Part shown: positions 53,362 through 62,641 of the stretch, one piece after another
How the letters are laid out: every line of letters starts with the position of its first letter
How positions within the stretch are numbered: position 1 is the stretch's first letter
Source of the DNA: Marispirochaeta sp.
GTDB taxonomy: Bacteria; Spirochaetota; Spirochaetia; JC444; Marispirochaetaceae
Assembly (NCBI GenBank): GCA_963676835.2
Contig: CAXXFF010000001.1
Span: 608,001-672,000 of the forward strand
DNA: 64,000 nucleotides
Direction of reading: 5' to 3'
Translations under genes and position numbers: made by a program
The notes under the pieces: model-generated
The model's database searches: none
What the model saw: only the letters and a program-made list of their open reading frames with translations
Told to the model about the DNA's origin: nothing

Positions 53362-54537
53362 CTACTTGATTTTTTCCAGAGCAGCCTTTGCCAGACGCCG
53401 GGTATCGCCGGACCAGTCGGAAAACTCGACTTCTATAAGTGCTGCCCGGCCTGCGGGATCACCTACACTGCCAAGGGCATTGATGGTGGCCCTCACAACA
53501 TTCTCCGAACTGAAGGTATATCCCTCATTCCGTTTGCCGTTGAGCTCACTGAGAAAAGCCGCCAGAAGACGGGCGGCAACTTCGCTCTTTGCGGCCCCGA
53601 GAGCCTCAAGAGCAGTAAGAGTTTCGGTCATGGAAAAGCTTTTACGAACCATTTCATCCAGAAGGATAAAAGCATCTTCATCTGCACCGGCATACTGCTT
53701 AAGCATCTGAGCAGCCTTTGTTCTCATCTGGCTCAAGAATACCTGCTGCCTGCGGTCCGCGGTTTCAAATTTGAGCCCCTGCGCAAGAGCCTCTTTTGCC
53801 AGTTCGGATTTTCTCTCTTCCGGAGCCTTGGATCGGTCATCAACAAGCAGAACATGATATTTAACGGCATAGTCGCTTTCGTAGGTGAGAATGTCCACCA
53901 GAAGATCTGTAGGATCATCTACCATATTGACCATTGCACGGTCAGCCCGCTTAACAACAGGGTTTGAATAGCGTCCGATACTGGTAAAAAAGACAGGGCT
54001 GAAGCCCACGGGCTGACGAAGAAGTTCAAGGGTTTCGATACATGCCGAAACAATAGACTCAACCTCTTCTTTGGCACTGAACTCTACAATACCCATATTT
54101 ATATTCCGGAGCAGGAATGAGAGCTCCTCGGCATACTGTATGGCAGTAATTTTTCCCAGAGTCTTGATAGCTTTTGCCCGGAGAAAGGGATCGTTTACCT
54201 GTTCGGATACAAGGAATGCATCTGCTGCAGCCTCTTTGGCCTTCAGGCTGCCTACCTCATCAAGGATTATACCTATAAGAGTATATGTCTCCTGCCTGTT
54301 GGTTGAATCGCCTATATTCTGCAGATTCAAAACCTCTTCAGACAGGGCTTTGGTTAGAACGGGAATCATCTCACGGTCATGCTGTTCAATTATATTGGAC
54401 ATTATGGCAACTTTCTGTTTCATATTTACCGCAGTCTCATACAGCCGTGTCCACATGGCGGACATCTCGCTGGCCCCGGCAGTAACACTGCACAGAAGGA
54501 GCAAAAGTACAAGGAATCGTCGTATTCTGATTATCAT
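53362..54537 (-). CDS. Exported HEAT-repeat protein
   Basis: Signal peptide; LRAKAIKTLG and VRATINALGSVGD HEAT-like units. Confidence 0.8.
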   Translation of the reverse strand: MIIRIRRFLVLLLLLCSVTAGASEMSAMWTRLYETAVNMKQKVAIMSNIIEQHDREMIPVLTKALSEEVLNLQNIGDSTNRQETYTLIGIILDEVGSLKAKEAAADAFLVSEQVNDPFLRAKAIKTLGKITAIQYAEELSFLLRNINMGIVEFSAKEEVESIVSACIETLELLRQPVGFSPVFFTSIGRYSNPVVKRADRAMVNMVDDPTDLLVDILTYESDYAVKYHVLLVDDRSKAPEERKSELAKEALAQGLKFETADRRQQVFLSQMRTKAAQMLKQYAGADEDAFILLDEMVRKSFSMTETLTALEALGAAKSEVAARLLAAFLSELNGKRNEGYTFSSENVVRATINALGSVGDPAGRAALIEVEFSDWSGDTRRLAKAALEKIK

Positions 54538-54550
54538 AAAAACTCTCTCC

Positions 54551-55417
54551 TTACTGCGCTACTACACGCTCTTCCTGGCGGTAGGAAAATTCACGGGTAA
54601 TAACCTGCTCCACCGTTTCATCGGCCCGCAGATAAACCTCTTTTACCGCGCTGCCTTTGTCATCATATTCATACTCAACAATCCGTTCCCGGCTGCCGTT
54701 TGCACGGTAAAAGGTTTTACTCACCACGTTGTCACCGGAATAGGCAAACTCAATCTTACCTGATGCAACTCCTTTCTGGTCAAAAGATTTTTCGACCATA
54801 ACCTTGCCAGCCTGGACTTCCCGGACAAAATGATCCCGGAGAGTGCCGTCTGCAGCAAATGTATCTATGCGGACAACAACGCCGTTTTCATATGAATACT
54901 CACTGTAGGCCATAAGATTGCCGCTGCTGTCCTTAACATCCCAGCGAATACGGTTCCCCTCAGAATCGTAGGTATAATCTGAAATAGTCTGCAGTTCCTC
55001 GTTCCTATTGTACAGCTCATGGGAAACCAGCAGACCATCAGAGTTATTCAGGGAAATGCTCAGGGACTGCAGTTTCTGGTCAGGGTCGTAGGTGAATCTT
55101 TTTACCCTGTTGTCCGCATCACTGTACTCATAACTCATATGTTCAATGGGATCACCGAAAGAATCGGTAACAACTACTTCTGCAAGTCTGTCATTTTCCC
55201 AGGTAAACACCTTCTCTGTCTCCAGAAAATCTTCTCCAATATATGAAGATTCCTTCTGGATCATGGGAATATCCACAATCTCTACCCGGGTTGCCGCTGC
55301 AGTTGCTGCGGGTGCGGTCTCTACAACAACCGCTTCATTTGTTCCTGCACAACCTGCAATGAAAAATAGAACAAGCGCGGCAGCCGCGCCGAAAAATAGC
55401 TTATGCCTGCATTTCAT
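54551..55417 (-). CDS. Lipoprotein with YD-like beta-hairpin repeats
   Basis: Lipobox IAGC; repeated YxYDxxG motifs. Confidence 0.8.
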   Translation of the reverse strand: MKCRHKLFFGAAAALVLFFIAGCAGTNEAVVVETAPAATAAATRVEIVDIPMIQKESSYIGEDFLETEKVFTWENDRLAEVVVTDSFGDPIEHMSYEYSDADNRVKRFTYDPDQKLQSLSISLNNSDGLLVSHELYNRNEELQTISDYTYDSEGNRIRWDVKDSSGNLMAYSEYSYENGVVVRIDTFAADGTLRDHFVREVQAGKVMVEKSFDQKGVASGKIEFAYSGDNVVSKTFYRANGSRERIVEYEYDDKGSAVKEVYLRADETVEQVITREFSYRQEERVVAQ

Positions 55418-55499
55418 ATTGTTTACTCCTCTGAGATTACCGACATGGAGTATAGTCAAGCTGAACCGAAAAATCAACGAATCCCTCTGATCAATCCTT

Positions 55500-56360
55500 T
55501 TAATATAGAGTCTCATTAACTATTTCATCATATAAGGCCAGAGTTTCCTCCAGAGAAAAGGTCTCACCTCTTCTTTTAAGGTCAAGAGAGATTAGCGATG
55601 AGGCGGTTTCGATTTTTTTCCAGCCGTATTTTGAAGCCGTCCTTCCCCGTTTCAGATTGTTGGCAGCGGTCTTTCTGCGGGAGGCAAACAGATCGTGGAC
55701 AAGAATAAAAAAATCCTCCATACGCCCATGGGGCGACAGCTCTTTTCTGGTCATCCTAACAGTGCTTGAAACAACCCGGGGAGGAGGAAAAAAGGCACTT
55801 CCCCCGATATCGCAGATCTTCTCAACTTTGCAGCGCAGCTGGCATACCAGGGAAAAGACAGAGTAATCGGAACTGCCGGCGGATGCCGCCATTCTGCGTC
55901 CCACCTCTTTCTGTAGAGTAAACACGGAAACAGGAGGAAAGGCATCCGCCTCTGCCAGAGCCCCGATCATAACAGAACCGGTTGAATAAGGGAGATTACC
56001 AAGCAGCCTGTCCGGCATGCCGGATTTTTTCAGTTCTTCAGGAAATGTTTGTAAAAAATCTCCTTCAACAATTCGTATTCTCTCCCCAAAAAGCTTACGC
56101 AAAAGCCGTATCAGGCCCCGGTCAATTTCGAATACGGTTACTTTAATATCATCATGAAGGAGATGGTGGGTTATGGCGCCCATGCCGGGCCCGATCTCCC
56201 AGATATGATCCCCGGGAGCCGGGGCCAGGGCAGCAACAATCTTTTCCCTGTGAGCCGGATCTATGAGAAAATTCTGTCCGAAACGCTTTTTTAAAGTAAG
56301 CCCGTTTTCTTCGAGCAGTTCAGCTATCTGATGTCGTGAATTCCAAAGGCTTTCGTCCAC
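55500..56360 (-). CDS. rsmA: 16S rRNA dimethyladenosine transferase
   Basis: KKRFGQNFL, EIGPGMG, GNLPY, FFPPPRVVS. Confidence 0.96.
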   Translation of the reverse strand: MDESLWNSRHQIAELLEENGLTLKKRFGQNFLIDPAHREKIVAALAPAPGDHIWEIGPGMGAITHHLLHDDIKVTVFEIDRGLIRLLRKLFGERIRIVEGDFLQTFPEELKKSGMPDRLLGNLPYSTGSVMIGALAEADAFPPVSVFTLQKEVGRRMAASAGSSDYSVFSLVCQLRCKVEKICDIGGSAFFPPPRVVSSTVRMTRKELSPHGRMEDFFILVHDLFASRRKTAANNLKRGRTASKYGWKKIETASSLISLDLKRRGETFSLEETLALYDEIVNETLY

Positions 56361-57882
56361 CCGTCGGCGCTCCTCTGTTTCTGAAAGTTTTCCTGTTCCA
56401 GGGCCGGGGCCGGCACCAGGAATGGTACCAAGAATAGAGCAATAGGAAGAAAAACACCAGACTTATTCCAAAGGCGCTTGCAGCTGCAGTCCCGGGATCA
56501 AGGGTTATTCCTGGACAACGGAGAAAAATTACTGATACAGCATCAAGCAGTTCATACAGATAGAAAAAGAAGTGTTTCATCGGCAGTTCCAGGTAAAACA
56601 CCGGCGGCATAAACAGAAAGAGAAGCCCTCCACTGAGAAAAAGCCAGATAACAGGAGTCAGAACCAGTGAAGCTGCGATTCCCACGGGACTGCTTACCCC
56701 GTAGAAATAGAGGCTTAGAGGCAGGGTTCCGCACCATGCTGCGGCAGAGACAGCAATGGCGGCAGCACACCCGTAGGGCAATGGCCTTGCAAGAAAGCGG
56801 GTAAAAGGAGGGGCAAAGAAGAGAATCCCTCCCAGTGCAGCAAAGGAAAAGCAGAATCCCTGGTCCTGTAGAAACTCCGGCCTTATGAGAAGCATGAAGA
56901 TATAGGTGTAGATCAAAATCACAGGTATGGCGGGCCTGCGTATTTTGCCTGTGGTAAGAATAAACAGGGTCATCATAAAGGCTGACCGTAACAGCGAAGG
57001 CTGAGGCCCGGTAAAGAAAAGATAAAATGGAAGAAGCAGCAGTACCATCCGACGAGCAGCGGGAACGGGCATAAAAATCCCCATAAGGAAGGATAGCCCC
57101 GCTGCGAGAACGGCAAGATGCATCCCCGACAACGCAAGCAGATGGCTGGTCCCTATGCTGCGAAAACGCTCGTTCAGCTTCCCGCTCAGTCTGGGTCTGT
57201 TTCCAGCAATCAGAGCTTCAAGCAGGGCTGCACTTCTCGGATCAAGAGAATCGAGACGCCGCTGAAAGAGAGCGGAACAGGTTACCCGCAGCTGCTTAAG
57301 CATGCTGATGGACATGCTATCCTTTTGAACCTCCGCAAATATGATCCCCTTTTCCATCTCATGTAAACCAGGCTTATCCCCGGGAATAATGGTTAAGCGG
57401 GTTCCCCAGGAATAACGGTGCCTGTCCCCGGTAAACACAAGGAGTCTGCCAACCGCTGCTGCTCTTGTCCCCTTTAAAGTCTCAACCGCTGAAAGCGAGA
57501 GATAATGTACGGTGCCGCCGCCGGCAGAGCGGCTGTCACGGTAAAGCTCTCCTGTCAGTTTAACCACAGAACCCTCTGTACCGAACCATACAGCATTCCG
57601 GGTACGTCCGGCGGAACACTGGGCGGTACAGACAGTCAGGAGGCAGAGAAGAATCAGCAGACTTCGCCGGAAAACGATGCCGACGGCGGCTGTAATCAGG
57701 GAAAGCAGAATAATCGGCAGAGGTCCTGTAATAATGGCTGATGCCTGGCCGGCGGCAATGCAGAGAGGAATGAGAAGGTCTAACCGAAATGATCTATTGT
57801 CCGAGGATCGCCCTTCGGGCTTCGTCTCCTGCGTTACGGATGGTTTTTGAGTAGTCCAGGTATCCCAGATAGAGTAAGGCAT
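56320..57882 (-). CDS. comEC: ComEC/Rec2 competence membrane protein
   Basis: GTSHLLALSGMHL, PSLLRS, GFCFSFAA; true start probably downstream of 57882. Confidence 0.85.
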   Translation of the reverse strand: MPYSIWDTWTTQKPSVTQETKPEGRSSDNRSFRLDLLIPLCIAAGQASAIITGPLPIILLSLITAAVGIVFRRSLLILLCLLTVCTAQCSAGRTRNAVWFGTEGSVVKLTGELYRDSRSAGGGTVHYLSLSAVETLKGTRAAAVGRLLVFTGDRHRYSWGTRLTIIPGDKPGLHEMEKGIIFAEVQKDSMSISMLKQLRVTCSALFQRRLDSLDPRSAALLEALIAGNRPRLSGKLNERFRSIGTSHLLALSGMHLAVLAAGLSFLMGIFMPVPAARRMVLLLLPFYLFFTGPQPSLLRSAFMMTLFILTTGKIRRPAIPVILIYTYIFMLLIRPEFLQDQGFCFSFAALGGILFFAPPFTRFLARPLPYGCAAAIAVSAAAWCGTLPLSLYFYGVSSPVGIAASLVLTPVIWLFLSGGLLFLFMPPVFYLELPMKHFFFYLYELLDAVSVIFLRCPGITLDPGTAAASAFGISLVFFFLLLYSWYHSWCRPRPWNRKTFRNRGAPTGGRKPLEFTTSDS

Positions 57883-59005
57883 TGAGTCCCGCCTTGGATT
57901 TCAACTCTCCAAGGCTCCTTACAACTGCAAGGGTGATCTGTTCATCATAGCCCTGGTTACCTTCAACAAATGAGTTGATTACATCTAGATACAACGCAAG
58001 ACGTACTGCTGCTTCACGGGTATCCATAACTCCCAGTGCTGCGATGGATTCCAGAAGCGCAGACTTCGAACCGATACCCCTGTCATATTCCAGAACACAG
58101 AGATCAAAATGCTGAATAAGCTCATCGGTGGCATCGGACCAGCGCAGTTCCCGGAGCACCCGGGCAGCCAGAACCCGCATCTGCCGGATAAGTCCGGCAT
58201 TGGCCTGATCGGAAAGGGTCAGACCATTACCTACCTGCAGGGCTTCGATACAGACACCGGCCCGGGCCTCGGAAGAGAGCTCCTCCCGGTCCACCGTGGT
58301 CTGAAGGGCAACCAGCTTTTCTGCCGCAGCACCGCTTTTAATGATCCCGCTGGCCATCTTGGCATAATCGCCTTCTACTGCAAGCAGAGCTTCCCTGGCG
58401 GCATTGGTTATCTCATCGGGCAGCGCCATAACACTTATGGAGAGAAAAATTGAGAAGGAGCTGGGATCCCGGAAACTGCCCGCAGTTCGAACCGCCTGAC
58501 CGAATACCTGGAGGTTGACTCCGCTTCCTGCACGGAAAATACTCACCTGACGATCGATCCAGTTATTAAGCAGCATGAGAATACGCTCATTACCGAGTTT
58601 TTCCTTATTCAGGCTGGCCAGAATGGATATGCGTATTCTGGTTTCATCATAGTTATTGAACAGCTCCCAGAGGGAGCCTCCTGCGGGGGCATAGGCTGAT
58701 GTTCCCGCCAGCTGTACTGCCAGTACAGCAATTTCCTGAAGCTGCACATTGGATTTAAGCAGATCAGAGTTATTAACTGCATAATCGACGGCCTGCTTGT
58801 AGAGGGGGCCCATCAGTTCCGGAGAATAGTTGACAGAATCCTTGAGTATATCGAGTTTTGTTTCATCTCCCGCACGGGAAAAGTTTTCCCTGAAGGCAGC
58901 CACAAGAGGATCTTCCTCCTGTTTTTCCTGGGAAAAAAGCGGCAGAAAAGAGAAGAAAACAAGAAGTAGAAAACAAATTGAAATAAGCTTTTTGGGCAAC
59001 AGCAT
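57794..59005 (-). CDS. Exported HEAT-repeat protein (paralog of 53362-54537)
   Basis: Signal peptide; C-terminal region aligns by eye with the other HEAT protein. Confidence 0.8.
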   Translation of the reverse strand: MLLPKKLISICFLLLVFFSFLPLFSQEKQEEDPLVAAFRENFSRAGDETKLDILKDSVNYSPELMGPLYKQAVDYAVNNSDLLKSNVQLQEIAVLAVQLAGTSAYAPAGGSLWELFNNYDETRIRISILASLNKEKLGNERILMLLNNWIDRQVSIFRAGSGVNLQVFGQAVRTAGSFRDPSSFSIFLSISVMALPDEITNAAREALLAVEGDYAKMASGIIKSGAAAEKLVALQTTVDREELSSEARAGVCIEALQVGNGLTLSDQANAGLIRQMRVLAARVLRELRWSDATDELIQHFDLCVLEYDRGIGSKSALLESIAALGVMDTREAAVRLALYLDVINSFVEGNQGYDEQITLAVVRSLGELKSKAGLNALLYLGYLDYSKTIRNAGDEARRAILGQ

Positions 59006-59014
59006 AGGATCCTC

Positions 59015-60052
59015 TTAACCGTAGGAAGGGATAGTCCGGGGTTTTGCCTTGGGCTCCCGCTCCTGAAAAATATTATAGACAAAAGAGAGCATACGGTTTT
59101 TCTGCCGGGGACTCAGAGGAACAGCCTGAATGTGCAGAACCGACTGATTCTTTTTCTGGTTGAAGGTAACTCCCCTGACAACACCACACATGACAATGGA
59201 TGCGGAGGTGAGCATAAACTGAAGCTTTACTGCAAGCCCAACCTTGGCACGACCACCAATCAGCACCGCAGCACCATCCTCTGAAACATCTATGAGCCTG
59301 CAGCGCAGCCCACTGGATGTTTCTTCCGCCTCATTTGCCTGATTAATGGATGACAGCGGATACAGGAAGGCAGGCTTATGAACATCCACACGTACGGACC
59401 GCCTCTTCTGACTGCGGATAAGATTATCCGAATGACCTACATGCAGGATTGGATATTTCTGTTCAATAAAATCATCGAGAATTTTGGATTCAAATACATA
59501 GCCCGCATCTTCCGCCCGCCAGAAGTAGATATTTACCCGCTGGTTTTTCCAGGTGGCTCCGGGAGGCAGCTTCGGTCCTTCGGGATAGGAAATTGCAAGA
59601 TACCTGCGCAGGTTTTCAACAACCGAAGCATTATAGGTTCCTACTCCGGGGAGGGTAATCTTGATTCGCTGATGGGTGGAAATTTTCCGGGTGGTTTTAA
59701 GACCCAGGGTGTACTTGGGCAGAGCCAGCTCCACCTTTTTACGGAACTCGAAGAGCTTGCTCACAAAGCGAATACTGCTTTCGTCACCCTCCTTGCCCTC
59801 TGAGCGGAGTTTTATAATTACTCCTTTTATGGAACGGTCAAGCTGTTTAATAGACCAGAAAAGACTGATTGGATTTTCGAGATGATTCTGCACAGCCACT
59901 TTTCGTAAAAGATTAATCTCATGAAAGGAGAAGCCGGACTCCTTGCCTTTCGTGTAGAAATGAACCCAGGGAAAACTCCCCCCACCCGCATGGCGGAGAA
60001 CGAGGATAATAACCGTAACAATAGCCAGCAAAACCAGCAAAACAATCAGCAT
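59015..60052 (-). CDS. PilZ-domain (YcgR-like) c-di-GMP effector with N-terminal membrane anchor
   Basis: QKRRSVR and DVSEDG PilZ motifs. Confidence 0.88.
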   Translation of the reverse strand: MLIVLLVLLAIVTVIILVLRHAGGGSFPWVHFYTKGKESGFSFHEINLLRKVAVQNHLENPISLFWSIKQLDRSIKGVIIKLRSEGKEGDESSIRFVSKLFEFRKKVELALPKYTLGLKTTRKISTHQRIKITLPGVGTYNASVVENLRRYLAISYPEGPKLPPGATWKNQRVNIYFWRAEDAGYVFESKILDDFIEQKYPILHVGHSDNLIRSQKRRSVRVDVHKPAFLYPLSSINQANEAEETSSGLRCRLIDVSEDGAAVLIGGRAKVGLAVKLQFMLTSASIVMCGVVRGVTFNQKKNQSVLHIQAVPLSPRQKNRMLSFVYNIFQEREPKAKPRTIPSYG

Positions 60053-60148
60053 AACATACTTTCCGCTTTAATCCTTATTCCTTACTATAATATGATATAT
60101 ACATTATATTATGCAATCACTAATATATGTACCAGGAATTGTGCACCG

Positions 60149-60877
60149 ATGATGGATTATAAAGGATTTTCGCGGATCTTACCACGTTTTTATCTATACC
60201 TGAAAAGGGAATACTATGAAATACTCGAACCGCTGCTCCTTTTTGCTGCATTCTTCCTTCCGGGATATCTTTTCCAGGGTGAAGGGGTGGATCCCTATCT
60301 CTTTGATTCCGTCTCATTTCACCTTATGTACATGGTTCAGATTCTACCGCTTATTCTGCTCACCCTCTTTATTATTTCCCGTAAAAGCCCGGACTGGAGG
60401 AACATATACCGTCTTCACTCTTTTCGTTCCTTCGACATACTGAAAGGCTTTTTGATTTTCCTGCTTGTATGGGCAGTTCTGATTCCCTGGTATCTGCTGC
60501 AGAGCTACTTTGCGGCCAATGCTGCGGGAGGAGATACCCTGCTTGAAGAGAACTGGCTGCTGACCAGTTCTGCAATTCTTCCCCTTGTATTTATTACCTC
60601 CCTGGTAACCGGGTACTGGGAAGAGCTGTTTTTCCGCGCATATCTGGACCGGCAGCTTCAGCGTATCCGTTTTTCTTCATCTGCAGCGGCAGTAACGGTC
60701 ACCCTGCTTTTCGGTGTCGGGCATCTGTATCAGGGTCTTATTCCCGCACTGGGTACGGTAATTATCGGAGCGGTTCTGCTCTCCGCTTTCAGGCGGACCG
60801 GAAGTTTACACGGTGTAGCCATAGCCCATGGTCTTTATAACTTTTCCATTCTGAGCCTGTCTTTGACAGGGCCATAA
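60149..60877 (+). CDS. CPBP/CAAX-family intramembrane metalloprotease
   Basis: EELFFR, FGVGHLYQG, AIAHGLYN; start uncertain. Confidence 0.88.
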   Translation: MMDYKGFSRILPRFYLYLKREYYEILEPLLLFAAFFLPGYLFQGEGVDPYLFDSVSFHLMYMVQILPLILLTLFIISRKSPDWRNIYRLHSFRSFDILKGFLIFLLVWAVLIPWYLLQSYFAANAAGGDTLLEENWLLTSSAILPLVFITSLVTGYWEELFFRAYLDRQLQRIRFSSSAAAVTVTLLFGVGHLYQGLIPALGTVIIGAVLLSAFRRTGSLHGVAIAHGLYNFSILSLSLTGP

Positions 60878-60964
60878 AAAACCTCTCTCATATATTGATT
60901 TTTATATATAGTAATGCTATTATTCTGCCATTCAGACTATCTGGAACAGAAACAGGAGCATACT

Positions 60965-61936
60965 ATGTGGAACTTTTTCGGCTTTATAAAGAAACATCTC
61001 AGCATACTTATTCCGGCCTCCATGGTACTCGGGTTTTCCAGCGGACTGGTGCTGGACAATCCTGGAGACCTTAAAGCTGCTATCCTGCCGTTGACCATAT
61101 TAATGATTCTCCCCATGATGGTAACCTTTCCCCTGGCAAAGCTGTTTAAATCCGGTCTCGGACCACGGCTTATCGGTGCAAATGCAGCAATCAACTTTCT
61201 GCTTATACCCATTACAGCCTACTTTCTTGCCCGGCTCTTCTTCAGCGATCAACCCGGCTTTTTTCTGGGGGTTGTCCTGATGGGGCTGATTCCAACCAGC
61301 GGTATGACTATTTCATGGACCGGATTTTCCGGAGGGAATGTTAAAGCGGCCGTTGGGCTTACTGTATTCGGTCTGCTCGCCGGAGCGCTCCTCACACCGG
61401 TGTATCTTGAACTCTTCATGGGCAGCAGGATAAACATTTCTCTCCTTGCTATTTTTAAACAGATAATTCTGACAATTTTTATTCCCCTGGCGGCAGGAAC
61501 TGCTATCCGGCTTCTGCTCACCAAAACCCAGGGGCAGGAGAAGTTTGAAAATTACTGGAAAAAACGGATCCCCTCCATTTCAAGCCTCGGGGTGATAATG
61601 ATCGTTTTTACCGCCACTGCCATGAAGGCCCGTGGACTGGCATCACATCCTGAGCTTCTGCTGAAACTTATTGTGCCTGCACTTCTCTTCTACCTTGTTC
61701 TTTTCACAGGCGTTGCACAGATAGGCAAACGTCTTTTCAATAGAGGTGACAGCCTGGCGCTGCTGTTTTCCACGGTAATGCGGAATCTCTCTCTTGCCAT
61801 GGCAGTAGCAGTAAACACCTTTCCGGAAATCGGCGGACAAGCCGCGCTGTTTCTCGCCCTTGGCTACGTAATACAGGTACAGGCCGCAAGCCTTTATGTA
61901 CGTACCGCCGGAAAAGCGGTACCGGCGGCAGTCTGA
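60965..61936 (+). CDS. SBF/Acr3 family transporter
   Basis: MILPMM, NFLLIP, PTSGMTISWT...GN, RNLSLAMAVA. Confidence 0.8.
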   Translation: MWNFFGFIKKHLSILIPASMVLGFSSGLVLDNPGDLKAAILPLTILMILPMMVTFPLAKLFKSGLGPRLIGANAAINFLLIPITAYFLARLFFSDQPGFFLGVVLMGLIPTSGMTISWTGFSGGNVKAAVGLTVFGLLAGALLTPVYLELFMGSRINISLLAIFKQIILTIFIPLAAGTAIRLLLTKTQGQEKFENYWKKRIPSISSLGVIMIVFTATAMKARGLASHPELLLKLIVPALLFYLVLFTGVAQIGKRLFNRGDSLALLFSTVMRNLSLAMAVAVNTFPEIGGQAALFLALGYVIQVQAASLYVRTAGKAVPAAV

Positions 61937-61996
61937 TAAAATTTTTCATTGAACAGCCTCGGTATGAGGCCTATATTCAATACCAGGAGTAACCAT

Positions 61997-62581
61997 ATGA
62001 GAAATACAATACAGCGTACAGTTTTTATATTCACTCTTTTACTTGCCTCACTTGCTTCAACATTCCTCGCAGCCCAGAGCAGCCCGGGAACATCCCTGGA
62101 TCCCCTCTCGGAGCAGCTTTACCAGATGGGATTCGGTATACCCAATTCACCTCTGGATGCTCCCGACTTTACTGTAAAAGGCATCGACGGCAGGAATGTT
62201 TCCCTTTCTTCCTTGAAAGGCAAGGTGGTCCTCCTTAATTTCTGGGCAACCTGGTGCCCCCCGTGTAAGGCGGAAATGCCCGATATGGAGAGTCTCTACG
62301 GTAAAATGAAAGATTCAGGCTTTACCATTCTTGCCATATCATCCAATGACGGACGGGAAACCCGCAAAAAAGTTGAAGACTTTGTTAAAGACAACGGATA
62401 CACCTTTCCCACAGCCTTCGATGACAGCGGAAGTGTTGTTCCCTCGTTCTACCGTACCGGCTCTATTCCCACCAGCTACCTGCTGAATACCGAAGGTAAG
62501 GTAATTGCCCGGCTGGTCGGAATGTATCAGTGGGATACTCCGGAAATGAATTCCGTACTGAAGAAACTTGCAGCACAGTAA
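61997..62581 (+). CDS. TlpA/ResA-family thiol:disulfide oxidoreductase
   Basis: APDF, LLNFWATWCPPCKAEMP, IPTSYL. Confidence 0.93.
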   Translation: MRNTIQRTVFIFTLLLASLASTFLAAQSSPGTSLDPLSEQLYQMGFGIPNSPLDAPDFTVKGIDGRNVSLSSLKGKVVLLNFWATWCPPCKAEMPDMESLYGKMKDSGFTILAISSNDGRETRKKVEDFVKDNGYTFPTAFDDSGSVVPSFYRTGSIPTSYLLNTEGKVIARLVGMYQWDTPEMNSVLKKLAAQ

Positions 62582-62641
62582 GCCGGCAAGAATCAGAGAG
62601 CAGATAAAAACGAAGGAAAACACTAAAAAAGGAACAGGGAT

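Noticed and set aside
60084..60120. AT-rich dif-like stretch containing GCATAA and ATAATGTATA on the minus strand
   Set aside because: Arms do not fit the 11-6-11 dif layout; better explained as a divergent promoter region.
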